Source: a virus. From it: 64,000 nt of DNA. The DNA lies in IMG/VR virus record IMGVR_UViG_3300042541_002760; one strand, 5' to 3'. A model generated the notes under the pieces. That model worked only from the letters and a program-made list of their open reading frames with translations. It was not told where the DNA came from and did no database searches. Position 1 is the stretch's first letter, and each line of letters opens with the position of its first letter. Made by a program: the position numbers and the translations under genes. This document shows, in pieces, positions 1 through 8,351 of the stretch.

Positions 1-405
1 TATGCTCTTGGTCGCACCGAACAGTCCGAAGTGCTTCTCAAGATCATTCGTGATCGGGTTGGTGGAAACCAAATCTGCATTCACTTGACCAACAAGTCTG
101 ATGCTAAGGTTCTGATTCCTCGATACAGTCCCGATCCTTACGATCAGGTTGCTATTGCCGCCATGCTCAAGAAGTTCGCTTCTGAGGGTTGGGCAAACCT
201 GAAGAACAGTCGCGGGTATGTCGAGTACATCATGATCAACTCGCAACCAACCAACACCGATGAACACCTCATGCTCACCGATGTGAACGATATCAATGAT
301 AAGAAAGCAATCAATAATCTTCGCAAGATCTTCACTGCCAAGATGGCAGCAGGTCGCGCTAACCGCCCGCTACTCACCCGTGTTGCTGAACTGATCAGTA
401 AGTAA
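1..405 (+). CDS. hypothetical protein (5'-truncated)
   Basis: Frame open from base 1 to TAA at 405; no recognised motif. Confidence 0.6.
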   Translation, partial: YALGRTEQSEVLLKIIRDRVGGNQICIHLTNKSDAKVLIPRYSPDPYDQVAIAAMLKKFASEGWANLKNSRGYVEYIMINSQPTNTDEHLMLTDVNDINDKKAINNLRKIFTAKMAAGRANRPLLTRVAELISK

Positions 406-429
406 TCTTAAGATTCCAATAGAAAGGAT

Positions 430-666
430 ATGACTTCCATGCCAATGCCATATGACCCCGAGAATGACGAAGCCTACGATGACCTCCTCGCCCTCGACCC
501 CAACGACCCCGACAACTATGACGAGGACGATGAGTGGAACGATGAGGGGGATGACATCTCCGATGATGATAGTGTGGAGACCGATGAGGATGATGACTTC
601 GTCTATGATGAGGACGATGACGGGTATCCCCCCGTGGTTGAAGAAGATGAAGAGGAGGATCTTTAA
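430..666 (+). CDS. highly acidic small protein
   Basis: AAGGA RBS upstream; D/E-dominated, no Lys/Arg. Confidence 0.7.
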   Translation: MTSMPMPYDPENDEAYDDLLALDPNDPDNYDEDDEWNDEGDDISDDDSVETDEDDDFVYDEDDDGYPPVVEEDEEEDL

Positions 667-1005
667 ATGACGATCACCACTTCTTACATGTCCTTGCAGC
701 AGTTAGGTATTCCACAGGGATATCTCACAGGCAATCCCATTCTCATGGCGCAGGACTTATACACTCGACAGTATCACTGCATCGACTCTGATACTTTTGT
801 TGCGCTCACCACTGATCAATGGCATAAGAACGAACTTATGTCTCAGTCATATTCGGGGAACATCGCACTCATAGATCCTGCCACACAAATCGTTGCACAC
901 ATCTATGATTCCGATCAGACTTCTCACGAAGAACTTTCATGTTTTGACCAACTCATCGCGCATGAAATCGTTCAGCACATGAGTAAGCAGAGAGGTAAGC
1001 CATGA
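667..1005 (+). CDS. hypothetical protein
   Basis: ORF abutting upstream stop, GGAGG RBS. Confidence 0.65.
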   Translation: MTITTSYMSLQQLGIPQGYLTGNPILMAQDLYTRQYHCIDSDTFVALTTDQWHKNELMSQSYSGNIALIDPATQIVAHIYDSDQTSHEELSCFDQLIAHEIVQHMSKQRGKP

Positions 1006-1060
1006 ATTAGCAAAGAGTTATAGCAAAATTGGAATTGGTAGAAATCTTTCGAGATTTAAC

Positions 1061-1089
1061 TTGACGCAATGCGGCGTTCAGGCTATTCT
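1061..1089 (+). promoter_or_regulatory. sigma70-type early promoter
   Basis: TTGACG-17nt-TATTCT; preceded by hairpin AAATCT-TTCG-AGATTT (1042-1057). Confidence 0.65.
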
Positions 1090-1176
1090 CGCTAACACTC
1101 ACACACTTCCCCACTTCTCCCCACCCTTCCCCACACGGGGTAATGGCACTTTACTCCCTTTTGAATTCCAATTTTC

Positions 1177-1767
1177 ATGCTCTTCACCGATATTCCACTA
1201 TCTCCCACTCATGAAGCCGCTGCTATACTTCAGCGGGATATGAATTGGAATCGATACTTTATTCTTGTCTCTGCTATCGGTAATACCCTCAACTCACACA
1301 AGGATCGGTTTGACAAAAGCGACCTATTGGAGCAATCGATTGAGTCATACAGTGATGGTAAGATTCAATGGATCAACCTCATCGGACGGGATCTTCAACT
1401 CATGGACGGAAGGACATTAGAGATGAAGTTCATGGGTGGTTGCTTTCGTGGCAAGAACGGCAGGACACGCAAGTGCATCCCCAACATTCGTCTCATGAAC
1501 TCATTGGGTACATGCTCTCACTCATCCCTTCCTCCCGACTATGCAGACTTCCTTCTCCTGTCCGACTCCACGACTGTTGGAATTGTGGATAGGTCTACCC
1601 TTGCCATGTATGTGAAAGCAAAGGGGGATGGACTATCTGCCGAAAGGGTTCCATACTCATGCTTTGCGATAGTAGCAAATGCGGGTCATGTCGGGATTCC
1701 AATAATTCCGTTTGACTATCTTGAATCCAAGCGCAGAATGCAACGCCTCTTTTTGGAAAGACTGTGA
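1177..1767 (+). CDS. hypothetical protein, possible PD-(D/E)xK nuclease
   Basis: GRD...LEMK arrangement resembles the PD-(D/E)xK active site. Confidence 0.55.
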   Translation: MLFTDIPLSPTHEAAAILQRDMNWNRYFILVSAIGNTLNSHKDRFDKSDLLEQSIESYSDGKIQWINLIGRDLQLMDGRTLEMKFMGGCFRGKNGRTRKCIPNIRLMNSLGTCSHSSLPPDYADFLLLSDSTTVGIVDRSTLAMYVKAKGDGLSAERVPYSCFAIVANAGHVGIPIIPFDYLESKRRMQRLFLERL

Positions 1768-1770
1768 CAT

Positions 1771-2046
1771 ATGAATGAACAAGAACTCGCAGCCCTTAGG
1801 CACCCAGACCCTACAGATAAAAGTCCAATGACGGCAACACTGTCGCATCCTGAAGGAATTGGACATCTGAACTTTTCATGGTTTACGACTGATCGATGGA
1901 TTGTGGTCAAGTCACATCTTCCCTTTGATATGATTAAATCAGAGGGTTGGGAATTCTATAAGAATGTTCCAACCACCCTACCCAAGGATCTTTGTCGCAA
2001 GGTATGGGATGATTTGCTAGAGAGAGGATACTGCGAAGCAGCATGA
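1771..2046 (+). CDS. hypothetical protein (HP..W../RxxWxxL..GW paralog family)
   Basis: Similar to ORFs at 2335 and 2637. Confidence 0.7.
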   Translation: MNEQELAALRHPDPTDKSPMTATLSHPEGIGHLNFSWFTTDRWIVVKSHLPFDMIKSEGWEFYKNVPTTLPKDLCRKVWDDLLERGYCEAA

Positions 2047-2186
2047 ATCATGATCTACGAGATGCCATATGGCTAAACATTTATATCATTGTATGGAGCA
2101 TCCTTGCGATTACACTCTTTACTCTTGCTCTTCAGTACATGATTCCTTCTCTCTTTGACTCTCCTGCAAGTGGTCATCCCTACTGA
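2043..2186 (+). CDS. small membrane protein
   Basis: ATGA overlap; 47 aa MNHDLRDAIWLNIYIIVWSILAITLFTLAL... with one TM helix. Confidence 0.55.
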   Translation: MNHDLRDAIWLNIYIIVWSILAITLFTLALQYMIPSLFDSPASGHPY

Positions 2187-2227
2187 TTGGGGCTTATTAG
2201 GGCTTATTGTGGGGCTTATTAGGGCTT
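2187..2227 (+). repeat. tandem GGGCTTATT-type repeat (about 4 units)
   Basis: ggggcttattagggcttattgtggggcttattagggctt read directly. Confidence 0.8.
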
Positions 2228-2254
2228 GCATTTGTGATCGATTGATGGTATACT
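2226..2254 (+). promoter_or_regulatory. sigma70-type early promoter with extended -10
   Basis: TTGCAT-17nt-TATACT, TG at extended -10 position. Confidence 0.65.
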
Positions 2255-2258
2255 ACAT

Positions 2259-2306
2259 GGGTCGAAAGGGATTCGTCCTTGCCCAAGTTCGCTTGGGCTA
2301 GACACC
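2259..2306 (+). ncRNA. candidate structured leader/small RNA with two UUCG hairpins
   Basis: AGGGA-TTCG-TCCTT and GCCCAAG-TTCG-CTTGGGC adjacent, flanked by GGGTC/GACACC, starting right after a -10 box. Confidence 0.35.
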
Positions 2307-2334
2307 TGATAATAAGAAATTGGAGGATATCTAA

Positions 2335-2637
2335 ATGAATGCATACCAAAACAACGGCACACGAACAACCTCACATCTGCACCATCCCTCCTTTGGAACA
2401 ATGGAGTTCGGATGGGATAGCAGCGATTGGGTGGTAGTATGCTTTCACAGTGCCTATCCAAACATAGCAAGCGATGTCTCTTTGCGCTTCCATGTATTCC
2501 AAGATAAGAAACCCATGACCGTGGAGAAGAACATGGCAAGGAATATATGGATTGGTCTTACGGCAGCGGATAGAGGTTGGAAAGTATCATTAACACCCAC
2601 CAACCCCATTCTTGCAGAACAGGGAGCGACTCCATAA
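2335..2637 (+). CDS. hypothetical protein (paralog family)
   Basis: GGAGG RBS; HHPSFGTMEFGW..VVCFHS. Confidence 0.8.
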   Translation: MNAYQNNGTRTTSHLHHPSFGTMEFGWDSSDWVVVCFHSAYPNIASDVSLRFHVFQDKKPMTVEKNMARNIWIGLTAADRGWKVSLTPTNPILAEQGATP

Positions 2638-2972
2638 TGAGCCATGCCACACGAACATCAGTATTTCTGCACCATCCCTCACAGGGGACGATGGAGTTCG
2701 CATGGAGTACGAGTGATTATGTGATAGTATGCTTTCATAGTTCCAAGATGCTCCGTGCACCCGCAATCGATTACATCGGTGTGCTCTTCAATATATTCGA
2801 AAATAGGAAACCCGTGCATGTGGAGAAGAACCTAGCAAGAAACATGTGGAATGCCCTTATCGAAAGAGATGAAGGTTGGAAATCTTCAAACATTGTTGGT
2901 AATCCCCCTTCTGATACTATACAGATTGCAGAACAGGGAGTCCCCCTTCTAGAAGAGGCAGTAAACTCATGA
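2637..2972 (+). CDS. hypothetical protein (tandem paralog of 2335..2637)
   Basis: Start revised to MSHATRT; HHPSQGTMEFAW..IVCFHS, VEKNLARN, AEQG shared. Confidence 0.8.
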   Translation: MSHATRTSVFLHHPSQGTMEFAWSTSDYVIVCFHSSKMLRAPAIDYIGVLFNIFENRKPVHVEKNLARNMWNALIERDEGWKSSNIVGNPPSDTIQIAEQGVPLLEEAVNS

Positions 2973-3361
2973 AACACATTGAGTCTCCGTGCAACATCTA
3001 TAGCCTTGCCAAGGAACTCTGTCTGCATATTGATCGCCCCAAGCGGCATTGCAGCATCATCATTCGAAAGGGTCGCATCATCTCAATCGGTACAAATAAG
3101 ATGAAGACTCATCCCATGGCAAAGAAGTATGGATATCTGTTTGACGAACTGCATTCGGAACTCGATGCCTTTCGTAAGTGTAATGAACGCATTGGGCTTG
3201 AACTTTGGAACTTTCGATTCAATCGTTTCGGTAATGAACGACTCAGTCGCCCCTGTCCGAAGTGTCTCCCATGGTGTTATGAAGTATTCGATAGGATTTA
3301 CTACACCACGGGTAGTGGTATCTCTGAACTGCTAACCCATTCATTGGAAATGAATCGATGA
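2969..3361 (+). CDS. cytidine/dCMP-deaminase-like zinc-binding protein
   Basis: HSE..PCxxC (LHSELDA...SRPCPKC). Confidence 0.8.
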   Translation: MKHIESPCNIYSLAKELCLHIDRPKRHCSIIIRKGRIISIGTNKMKTHPMAKKYGYLFDELHSELDAFRKCNERIGLELWNFRFNRFGNERLSRPCPKCLPWCYEVFDRIYYTTGSGISELLTHSLEMNR

Positions 3362-3501
3362 GCCATATTGCACTGCATCTCATACCCGTACTAACATTCA
3401 TCACAGGCATATCTCTATTTGTATTGTGGATCGTCCTTCTATGGGATGCCGCAACAGGGATTAGCCCATCACCCCGTTTCAGAAAGAAAAGTAAACCATG
3501 A
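3358..3501 (+). CDS. small membrane protein
   Basis: ATGA overlaps at both ends; 47 aa, one TM helix, basic C-terminus. Confidence 0.55.
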   Translation: MSHIALHLIPVLTFITGISLFVLWIVLLWDAATGISPSPRFRKKSKP

Positions 3502-4055
3502 GTGCATGCACATACTTCATTGGTTGTACTCACTTCGGACATGAAGCCATGTACCGATTCCTTCGTGCGGACGGCACACGGGTTCGTCCGTGGGCTTCGG
3601 CAGCAGAAGGTGATGCCATAATGGCAGCGAATTGGAACAACACCGTTTCCAAGGGTGACAAGGTATATGTCATGGGTGATGTGGCATTCACACCAAAAGA
3701 TTTAAAAATCCTTGGGTACTTGAACGGCACAAAGATTCTAATCAAAGGCAACCACGACACTCTGCAACTCTCGCAGTACGCAAAATATTTTAAAGATGTT
3801 CGTGCATATCATAAGTTAGACAATGAAATTCTTTCGCATATTCCAATTCATCCCGTGTCCCTTTGGAGAGCAAAACGGAATGCGTCTTGGCTAAATATTC
3901 ACGCACATCTTCACGCCGAAGAAGTAATGCTTGCAGAAGGAGTGACCGATCTACGATATTTCTCTTGCTGTGTGGAGAGAATCGGATACACTCCTATTAG
4001 TATTGATGAGATTAGAAACCGTGTTGCCGCACTCCACCACAAGGAAACCATATGA
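3498..4055 (+). CDS. calcineurin-like metallophosphoesterase
   Basis: xTHFGH, MGD, GNHD, SHIP, HAHLH motifs. Confidence 0.9.
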   Translation: MSACTYFIGCTHFGHEAMYRFLRADGTRVRPWASAAEGDAIMAANWNNTVSKGDKVYVMGDVAFTPKDLKILGYLNGTKILIKGNHDTLQLSQYAKYFKDVRAYHKLDNEILSHIPIHPVSLWRAKRNASWLNIHAHLHAEEVMLAEGVTDLRYFSCCVERIGYTPISIDEIRNRVAALHHKETI

Positions 4056-5194
4056 AAAATAAAAAGGGCTTTACTATTGTTGAACTGTTGGTGGTCGTTT
4101 CGATCATCGCTTTGCTTATTGCAATCCTGTTACCTGCGATTGGTAAGGCACGAGACGCTGCACTCATCACACAGAGTCTAGGCAATCTTCGCAACCTGAG
4201 TGCTGCGAATAATGCATACGGGGCTGACTACAACGACAGGCAGTTTACTGCTGTTCCTGATGAGATTGGAATGTACGGTGATGCCATTACTCCTGCGTGT
4301 ACTGCAATTACTGCTACGCAATGTATTCCGCAAATGCTTCTTGGTTGGGATTCTACTGGTGGTCTGTGGGGATATTGGGTTAGTGGTTCTCCTGCACGAT
4401 GTGCTGCATGGTTAGGAGGTTGCAATAACTTTGTGACATATCAAGCCTGTGATTTTTGGGGAGCATCTGCACGGTGGGAAGGCTCATGGCGGCTCACCAA
4501 TTGTAAGGCATTCAACAGTTATGTTGGTGGCAAATTCTATGACAAGGTTTTTTGGGCACCAAAGGACAAGATTACCCTTGCCAAGATTGACAAGTATTTT
4601 TCCACTCCCGTGGAGTTCAACTTTACGAATGGTGACTTTGAAACCCCCACTTACTGTTGGAGTCCGTCTGCCATGTGGTCGCCAGATGTGATGGCATGGT
4701 CGCGTAAGACAGGTAGTGGTAGTTCTGCGGTGTTTGGTGGAAAGCCAACCAAGGCAACCATGCCTGGTGCTTTCAAGAGTCCAGGCGCAGGTCTTGCACA
4801 GTACCCTTCGCTGAAGTGGCGTATGTGGGAGCATCAATGGCTTCAGAACATGGAAGGCGGCGAAGTGAATCCTGCGTTCTCAACACCAACTCCGTGGTTC
4901 TACAACCAAGGCTACAACAGCGCACCTGCAACTCTCTGCTTTGATGGACACACTCAGGTGGTGTCAATTGCGGGTATTCAGCAGGACAATGACTTGGCAC
5001 TTGCTCAGACAGAGAACGCCAATGGATCTTCGGTCGCTAGTGGCAGTTTGTGGTTTGTTGCTTCGGGTGGAGTAAACTCGTACTACTCTACGGCTGCTTA
5101 CGATATGCTCACCGTTGGTAACGGTTCGTGCAGCGCGGGTGTTCTAACTGTTGATGGTATCCTTGGTCGTGATATGCTTCGTATCGGAGACTAA
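4052..5194 (+). CDS. prepilin-type N-terminal cleavage/methylation domain protein (planctomycete DUF1559-like, H-X9-DG-type C-terminus)
   Basis: KKG|FTIVELLVVVSIIALLIAILLPAIGKARDAA; C-terminal FDGH and T.DGILGRD. Confidence 0.88.
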   Translation: MKNKKGFTIVELLVVVSIIALLIAILLPAIGKARDAALITQSLGNLRNLSAANNAYGADYNDRQFTAVPDEIGMYGDAITPACTAITATQCIPQMLLGWDSTGGLWGYWVSGSPARCAAWLGGCNNFVTYQACDFWGASARWEGSWRLTNCKAFNSYVGGKFYDKVFWAPKDKITLAKIDKYFSTPVEFNFTNGDFETPTYCWSPSAMWSPDVMAWSRKTGSGSSAVFGGKPTKATMPGAFKSPGAGLAQYPSLKWRMWEHQWLQNMEGGEVNPAFSTPTPWFYNQGYNSAPATLCFDGHTQVVSIAGIQQDNDLALAQTENANGSSVASGSLWFVASGGVNSYYSTAAYDMLTVGNGSCSAGVLTVDGILGRDMLRIGD

Positions 5195-5226
5195 TATGAT
5201 TAATATTGTACTTTTAGGAGAAACAC

Positions 5227-5466
5227 ATGAGTGATATATTTGTCGGAGACAATGATCACGGTGATGCAGTTCCACCTACTGATGTTCTATTGCAAACGAT
5301 TAAACTACTCCGTGAGGATGTTGTGCATCTTGCCCATGAACTCAACGAACTCCAAGCGTTATATAAACACGATGAATCTGTAGCAAAGAGTTACGAAAAG
5401 ATTGCCACCAAATATCATGCCACTTTTGAGAAGTTAGCACAAGAGGAGAACGCTAATGAGAATTAA
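5227..5466 (+). CDS. hypothetical coiled-coil protein
   Basis: AGGAG RBS. Confidence 0.7.
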   Translation: MSDIFVGDNDHGDAVPPTDVLLQTIKLLREDVVHLAHELNELQALYKHDESVAKSYEKIATKYHATFEKLAQEENANEN

Positions 5467-5734
5467 ACCACACACACTCGGAGAAAAGATTGCAATGACA
5501 ATGACAAACGATAATGCACCGATCAACGATGCATCCACTCTTGTGGCTCGTCTTGAGGAACACTCAGACTTTGCTCACAAGGTAGTTCGTGATCTTATGC
5601 GTGAGGCATCAGAACGAATTCAGTTTCTCACAAAGGAACGAGACTTCTATGAGATGAAGATGACATTCTATGCCAAGGATACACATCGTGAAGCAGATGA
5701 AGCATTTTGGTTGAAGGAACGACACTCACAGTAA
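5456..5734 (+). CDS. hypothetical protein
   Basis: GAGGAG RBS; shares RL...EA.E.I..L with 6827 and 11442 ORFs. Confidence 0.65.
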   Translation: MRIKPHTLGEKIAMTMTNDNAPINDASTLVARLEEHSDFAHKVVRDLMREASERIQFLTKERDFYEMKMTFYAKDTHREADEAFWLKERHSQ

Positions 5735-5742
5735 GCCTTGCC

Positions 5743-5749
5743 ATAAATA
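5743..5749 (+). promoter_or_regulatory. T4-type late promoter
   Basis: ATAAATA 7 nt upstream of ATG 5757. Confidence 0.55.
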
Positions 5750-5756
5750 AGGGACT

Positions 5757-6830
5757 ATGGCAATACTCAAAAACTACAATCCCACCGTTCATGACATTCA
5801 TACCTATCACGCCCCCGCAACACTCGTACCACTTGTTGGTGGTGAGCAGAAGGGATTCAACCCTTCTTGTCAAGGAGCAGCAGTTGATTGGTCGGGTGTA
5901 AGTTTACGCCCCCGTGCATTTGCGCGAGAGTACTCTAAATTACTAAGAGGCAATCTCACCACTCCGTATATTGCGGAGAGTATTAATTTTTGGAACACAA
6001 CCAATCCTGCTGCTGTTCTCATATCACCCAAGCATGCTCTTATCTGTGAGCATTACCGTGGGCCAGGTCGCCCTGTCGGAGAGTATGAAGCCTACACATT
6101 CTTAGGTAAGTCTGGGACAAGACACTCTCGCAAAGTTGTAAAGGTAACTTTCTCGATTGGGCCTGATCACACTCTATTAGAGTTTGAGTCAGAGTTCCCT
6201 AAGGATGATGTCTGCATTTATGATCATATCGCTGATGCGCGATACATTCCACTCAAACACCCTGTGTGGGTACATGAGTGTGAAGGTAAGGCATACAAGA
6301 TGGACATGGATAAGTCTTTCGTGAACAACGCTGATGTGTGTAATGGGTTTGGTGTTATGCCGATCAAGGATGGTATCAATGAAGGCGCACAGGCAGGAGG
6401 ATGGCCAGTCATTTGGGGTGGCGATAGTGGCAGTCCTGCATTCGTCATTGATGGTGGTGGGCATACTATATTTGTTGGATTGATGAACGGCGGGATGCAG
6501 GTGAATGCTCCTGAGATTCGTGCGATCAATGCTCAAATTCAATCACATGGTTATACCGTAACTCATGTTATGCTGTCATCTAAGATTGAAGACTTGAACG
6601 ATGACGGTAAAGTCGATGGTGCAGACTTGGCAATGCTTCTCGGCGCATGGGGTAATGGAAACATCTTCATGGATATTAATGGAGACGGCAAAGTAGATGG
6701 AGCAGATGTTGCTCAACTACAAGCAGCATGGGGAGCATACACAATGGCTCGAAATGTTCCTGTGCCTGTTGCTCCACCACCAACTGTTAATACAACAAAA
6801 TCAATCAGAGGAACACCTAAAAGACTATGA
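5757..6830 (+). CDS. trypsin-like serine protease with C-terminal dockerin-like (EF-hand) repeats
   Basis: LISPKHALICEH, PDHTLL, GDSGSP; DLNDDGKVDGADLAMLLGAWG and DINGDGKVDGADVAQLQAAWG. Confidence 0.8.
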   Translation: MAILKNYNPTVHDIHTYHAPATLVPLVGGEQKGFNPSCQGAAVDWSGVSLRPRAFAREYSKLLRGNLTTPYIAESINFWNTTNPAAVLISPKHALICEHYRGPGRPVGEYEAYTFLGKSGTRHSRKVVKVTFSIGPDHTLLEFESEFPKDDVCIYDHIADARYIPLKHPVWVHECEGKAYKMDMDKSFVNNADVCNGFGVMPIKDGINEGAQAGGWPVIWGGDSGSPAFVIDGGGHTIFVGLMNGGMQVNAPEIRAINAQIQSHGYTVTHVMLSSKIEDLNDDGKVDGADLAMLLGAWGNGNIFMDINGDGKVDGADVAQLQAAWGAYTMARNVPVPVAPPPTVNTTKSIRGTPKRL

Positions 6831-7015
6831 ACGACATAGAAACAAGGCTGCGAAATATGGCTGACAAGTGGCGCACAGTAAACCAAGAGATTTATGATAT
6901 CTGTCGTGATGCTGCTGAAGAAATTCGAGTACTCAAAGCATCAGGTAAATACACAGACGATATCATCAATGCATACAAGCATGGAACGGGATGGGGTAAA
7001 GGTAGTGACGAGTAG
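6827..7015 (+). CDS. hypothetical protein
   Basis: ATGA overlap; DI..RL...DAAEEI. Confidence 0.65.
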   Translation: MNDIETRLRNMADKWRTVNQEIYDICRDAAEEIRVLKASGKYTDDIINAYKHGTGWGKGSDE

Positions 7016-7038
7016 TACTCACCAACCAAAAGACTAAA

Positions 7039-7437
7039 ATGGGACTAACACAATTATATAAAGGCGCAGGAACATCGACCCCCATCTTCAAAAAGTATGG
7101 AACGATATTCTATGACCAAACGAGCATGGGACTCCCTGTATGTAATGTCAAAGGATCGAAGGTATGGGCGGGTGCATCAAACAGTAAAGCACTGTTGACA
7201 ATTGTCGGAACAAAGGCATTCAGTGGTGCATCAACATCGAACTGTGTCTTTCATTATGAGAAGGGAATCGTCTTTAAGGGTGCAGGAACCGATATGCCCC
7301 TCTATCGATGGGCAGGAAGCCATCTGTATCAGGGCGCAGGATCTGCAAAAATCGTACTAAATTGGACGGGCAATAATCTAACGCTTACTGATGTATTTGC
7401 ATCGATATTGTTGCTCCGAACAACATACAAAGTTTAA
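7039..7437 (+). CDS. beta-repeat protein (about five ~21-aa x[YFW]xGA repeats)
   Basis: LYKGAG, VWAGAS, AFSGAS, VFKGAG, LYQGAG. Confidence 0.65.
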   Translation: MGLTQLYKGAGTSTPIFKKYGTIFYDQTSMGLPVCNVKGSKVWAGASNSKALLTIVGTKAFSGASTSNCVFHYEKGIVFKGAGTDMPLYRWAGSHLYQGAGSAKIVLNWTGNNLTLTDVFASILLLRTTYKV

Positions 7438-7454
7438 TAGTTTTTCAAAAACTA

Positions 7455-7469
7455 CAGAATCTGCGTCCT
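7455..7469 (+). repeat. 15-bp direct repeat, copy 1
   Basis: CAGAATCTGCGTCCT, identical to 8352-8366. Confidence 0.8.
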
Positions 7470-7485
7470 GAGTGAATGTGTATAT

Positions 7486-8259
7486 TTATTTACTAAAGAC
7501 AAAGATTCCGCAGCCATTCCACCATCCGAACTTATCTCCTGATCCGTCCAGATATCCTGTGTTGTTGTTCGTTGGAGCCGCAGCATGAAACAAAACCTTT
7601 AGTCCGAGGTCTGCAATTGCTTGGTCAACATTGCTTCTTATTCTGGCACCAAAAGTCGTATCATGTGCAGCATAGGTAAGCCAATCATCAACCATGAAAA
7701 TGAATTGATCGCCCATCGCATCATAAAAATGTGACAATGATTTGTGCACATTTCGATCACCCTTCTCATCATTTCCCCCATCACAAAAACATACATCGAT
7801 GTTTTTCATTGAATGTTCTGAAAGATTAATTTTGAAGCAGTCGGTATCGATTAATACAGGAGTCTTGTTTTTCATAAACATATTCCAGTTTTCGAAGAAT
7901 TTGTTTTTAGTGTTGTCTACAGTTCCCCATGCCTCAGACCAATTGTCAATTAGCCAATGTCTTTGTATATTGTCGTTGTCATACAATGCCGAAATTGCTG
8001 TGGATCCTGTCCAACAACCAATCTCCATATAAGACGATATCTGTGGCTGTGCCATTAAATTGTTAGTAAAACTGCGAAACATTGCCCCCGACATTCCATC
8101 CATAGTAAGTAGACGAGGATCCAGTCGCGTAGTATATTGAATGCGTTTTAGTGTATTGGGGTCAAACAGGGAAATGTCCCTGTGCTTTTCTGTGCCCCCA
8201 TGTGCAGTATCATTCCATGCTTTTCGAACAGCAGCAACAAGTTGTTCACCACGACTCAT
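7486..8259 (-). CDS. class I SAM-dependent methyltransferase (Methyltransf_24-like)
   Basis: YMEIGCWTGST motif I, DVCFCDGG, MVDDW; AAGGAG RBS. Confidence 0.8.
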   Translation of the reverse strand: MSRGEQLVAAVRKAWNDTAHGGTEKHRDISLFDPNTLKRIQYTTRLDPRLLTMDGMSGAMFRSFTNNLMAQPQISSYMEIGCWTGSTAISALYDNDNIQRHWLIDNWSEAWGTVDNTKNKFFENWNMFMKNKTPVLIDTDCFKINLSEHSMKNIDVCFCDGGNDEKGDRNVHKSLSHFYDAMGDQFIFMVDDWLTYAAHDTTFGARIRSNVDQAIADLGLKVLFHAAAPTNNNTGYLDGSGDKFGWWNGCGIFVFSK

Positions 8260-8351
8260 AATATATCTCCTTTTGTCGTTTTTGAGTGTAAATTACACGA
8301 CAGTACTGTATATAGGGGGAAGTTGATCCAATTTAAATCTCACAAAAATCT

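Noticed and set aside
2187-2227. CRISPR mini-array
   Set aside because: Units of about 10 bp with no spacers
2259-2306. tmRNA or tRNA gene (GGGTCGAAAGGGATTCG resembles a tmRNA 5' end)
   Set aside because: No T-arm/CCA 3' end or tag ORF, and a well-supported CDS begins at 2335
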